A DNA stretch of 64,000 bases from Firmicutes bacterium ADurb.Bin248 (GTDB taxonomy: Bacteria; Bacillota; Clostridia; Christensenellales; CAG-138). The first letter of the stretch is position 1, and every line of letters starts with the position of its first letter. Below the pieces are notes generated by a model. The model did not search any database, was not told the origin of the DNA, and was given only the letters and a program-made list of their open reading frames with translations. The DNA is taken from NCBI GenBank assembly GCA_002069725.1, contig MWBW01000004.1, positions 21,636 through 85,635 on the forward strand. Reading direction: 5' to 3'. A program made the translations under genes and the position numbers. Of this stretch, positions 62,157-64,000 are shown piece by piece.

Positions 62157-63845
62157 ATGCTCGAGCTGGAAGGAAAAACAGCCGTCGTCACCGGCGCTTC
62201 GCGCGGCATAGGCAGGGCCATCGCGCAGGCGCTTGCGGCCAAGGGCGCAAACGTCGCGCTCATCTACGCGGGCAACGAGGCCGCGGCGGAGGAGGCGCTC
62301 TCGCTCATCCGCTGCCAAAGCGCCGCGGGCGCGCGGGCGGAGGCTTACCGCTGCGACGTTTCGGACTATGCCGCGTCGAAGATCGCCGTAGAGCGGATCA
62401 TCGGCGATTTCGGCGGCCTGGACATACTCGTAAACAACGCCGGCATCACGCGCGACGCGCTGCTGCTCACCATGAAGGAGGCGGATTTCGACGCTGTGGT
62501 CGACACCAGCCTCAAGGGCGCGTTCAACATCGCCAACCGCGGCGAGATCGCCGTAAGGATCATACGCGCGTGCAAGGAGATGGGCATCTCCACCGTGGCC
62601 GTGTTCTCGGAGGCCGACCGCGACGCGCTGCATGTGAGCCTCGCGGACGAGAGCATCTGCATCGGCCCCGCGAGGGCGAAGGACAGTTACCTCAATATGT
62701 CCGCCATACTTTGCGCCGCGACCGTGACGGGCGCCGAGGCCATCCACCCGGGCTACGGCCTGCTCGCCGAGAACGCGCGCTTCGCCGGGCTCTGCCGCGA
62801 ATGCGGCGTGGCGTTCATAGGCCCCTCGGCCGAGGTGCTCGCCCGCATGGGCGACAAGAACGAAGCGCGGCGCGCGATGCGCGACGCGGGCGTGCCCGTC
62901 ATACCCGGAAGCTCCGTCGTCCCCACGCCGGAGGCGGCGCGGGAGGCGGCGCGGGAGGTCGGCTACCCGCTGCTCGTCAAGGCGCGCGCGGGCGGCGGCG
63001 GGCGCGGCATACGCCTCGTCGAATCCGAAGCGGAGCTCGAACACGCCTATCACGCGGCCTGCGCGGAGGCGCAAAGCGCGTTCGGCGACGGCGCGGTTTA
63101 CATCGAAAAATATCTGAACCCCGTCAAGCACATCGAGGTGCAGCTTCTGTGCGACCATCACGGCAATGTCGTGTGCCTGGGCGAGCGCGAATGCTCGGTG
63201 CAGCGCAGAAACCAGAAGCTCGTCGAGGAAAGCCCCTCCCCCGCCGTGACGCCGGAGCTTCGCAGCCGCCTGACGGAGGTCTGCGCCCGCGCGGCAAAGG
63301 CCGTGGGATACGCGAACGCGGGCACCATAGAGTTCCTGCTCGACCGGGACGGCAGCTTCTATTTCATGGAAATGAACACGCGGTTGCAGGTGGAGCACCC
63401 GGTCACCGAGATGGTCACGGGCGTCGACCTCGTCAAGTGGCAGATACGCGTGGCCGCGGGCCTTCCCCTGTCGTTCTCGCAGGAGGACATCGCGCTGCAG
63501 GGCTGCGCCATCGAGTGCCGCATCAACGCCGAAAACCCCGCGCTCGGCTTTTGCCCGTCCGGCGGCCGCGTGACCCTGCTGCACGTGCCGGGCGGGCCGT
63601 GGGTCAGGATGGACACCGCGCTGTATCAGGACTACGTCGTGCCGCCCTATTACGATTCCATGATCGCCAAGCTGATCGTGCACGCGAAAACGCGCGAGGA
63701 GGCCCTTCGCAAGATGCAGGCGGCGCTGTGCGAGCTTGTCATCGAGGGCGTGGCCCACAACGGCGAGCTGCAAATGGAGATCCTCTCCGACGAGCGGTTT
63801 TGCTCGGGCAGCTATACGACCGATTTTATGACCAAGCGAGGATAA
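62157..63845 (+). CDS. fabG'-'accC: chimeric ORF: N-terminal half of 3-oxoacyl-ACP reductase (FabG, residues 1-125) fused in frame to biotin carboxylase (AccC, from about residue 8), 562 aa
   Basis: TGASRGIGRAIA and LVNNAGITRD SDR motifs are present, then ...SLKGAFNI|ANRGEIAVRIIRAC... at nt ~62531/62532. The remainder is a full ATP-grasp biotin carboxylase (EMNTRLQVEHPVTE). The SDR catalytic Ser/Tyr/Lys region is absent. Confidence 0.85.
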   Translation: MLELEGKTAVVTGASRGIGRAIAQALAAKGANVALIYAGNEAAAEEALSLIRCQSAAGARAEAYRCDVSDYAASKIAVERIIGDFGGLDILVNNAGITRDALLLTMKEADFDAVVDTSLKGAFNIANRGEIAVRIIRACKEMGISTVAVFSEADRDALHVSLADESICIGPARAKDSYLNMSAILCAATVTGAEAIHPGYGLLAENARFAGLCRECGVAFIGPSAEVLARMGDKNEARRAMRDAGVPVIPGSSVVPTPEAAREAAREVGYPLLVKARAGGGGRGIRLVESEAELEHAYHAACAEAQSAFGDGAVYIEKYLNPVKHIEVQLLCDHHGNVVCLGERECSVQRRNQKLVEESPSPAVTPELRSRLTEVCARAAKAVGYANAGTIEFLLDRDGSFYFMEMNTRLQVEHPVTEMVTGVDLVKWQIRVAAGLPLSFSQEDIALQGCAIECRINAENPALGFCPSGGRVTLLHVPGGPWVRMDTALYQDYVVPPYYDSMIAKLIVHAKTREEALRKMQAALCELVIEGVAHNGELQMEILSDERFCSGSYTTDFMTKRG

Positions 63846-63848
63846 GCC

Positions 63849-64000
63849 ATGCTCGGAAAAGGCATTTTCAAAAAACCGAAAAACACGCTGGAAGCCAGCC
63901 CTTTCGAGGCGACCGCGAAGAAGCCCGGGGCGTCCGGCGAAGTCTGCGTCAAGTGCCCCGCGTGCAGAACGGCGCTCTTTCTCGGCGACCTCGCGGCCAA
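63849..64000 (+). CDS. accD: acetyl-CoA carboxylase carboxyltransferase beta subunit, 5' partial (runs off the window)
   Basis: My translation is MLGKGIFKKPKNTLEA...VCVKCPACRTALFLGDLAA. It shows the N-terminal zinc-ribbon C..C typical of AccD and starts 3 nt after the accC stop. Confidence 0.7.
   Translation, partial: MLGKGIFKKPKNTLEASPFEATAKKPGASGEVCVKCPACRTALFLGDLAA

Noticed and set aside
1-64000. Search for mobile elements, prophage genes, tRNA/rRNA genes and known defence systems
   Set aside because: No transposase, integrase, recombinase, phage structural, cas, restriction-modification or tRNA-like sequence could be recognised in any frame. The only compositional anomaly is the 13.0-15.6 kb islet reported as a finding.

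Overview
All calls were made by eye from the sequence and the ORF track. Hand-indexed motif and hairpin coordinates may be off by 1-2 nt.

This is a GC-rich chromosomal segment; third codon positions are almost uniformly G/C. It looks like a Clostridia-class Firmicute, which is an inference from lipobox lipoproteins, ptb-buk, a 4-subunit 2-oxoacid:ferredoxin oxidoreductase and a fabK-type FAS-II cluster headed by a marR/fabT-like gene. I support about 60 genes, mostly metabolic and transport operons, many joined by ATGA/GTGA/TGATG start-stop overlaps.

Gene content in order:
- DUF567/LURP-like gene, XRE regulator, and a MutS2 paralog without an Smr domain.
- An 8-gene kinase-less locus: TPP enzyme, Gfo/Idh/MocA, split transketolase, RpiB, IclR, GPH transporter, MmsA.
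- A visibly lower-GC 2.6-kb islet: APH-like kinase, NUDIX, and two unknowns.
- DUF218 gene plus lipoprotein, argH-argG, and a SulP transporter.
- GntR regulator plus ptb-buk-(P-loop)-vorDABG-ilvE, a branched-chain amino-acid fermentation operon.
- GDPD plus a Pot-type ABC operon, then LacI and PfkB.
- xylA-xylB followed by an FAD-linked oxidase.
- LacI plus a decayed GH94 cellobiose phosphorylase.
- A BMP-type ABC operon.
- An HK-RR-small ORF operon, a 1711-aa Cys-rich and B-repeat secreted protein, and an orphan Agr-like LytTR/GHKL pair.
- The FAS-II cluster.

Most notable observations:
1. An in-frame FabG(N-half)-AccC fusion implies loss of fabG-3', fabF, accB and fabZ.
2. The giant secreted protein carries about 12 zinc-ribbon-like Cys/His modules, a 171-bp tandem DNA repeat, and no recognisable anchor.
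3. The kinase-less TPP/transketolase locus is a candidate uncharacterised pathway.
4. The GH94 pseudogene carries three separate lesions.
5. A 42-nt duplicated 3' end is shared by two adjacent genes.

I recognised no rRNA, tRNA, CRISPR array, transposase or integrase.
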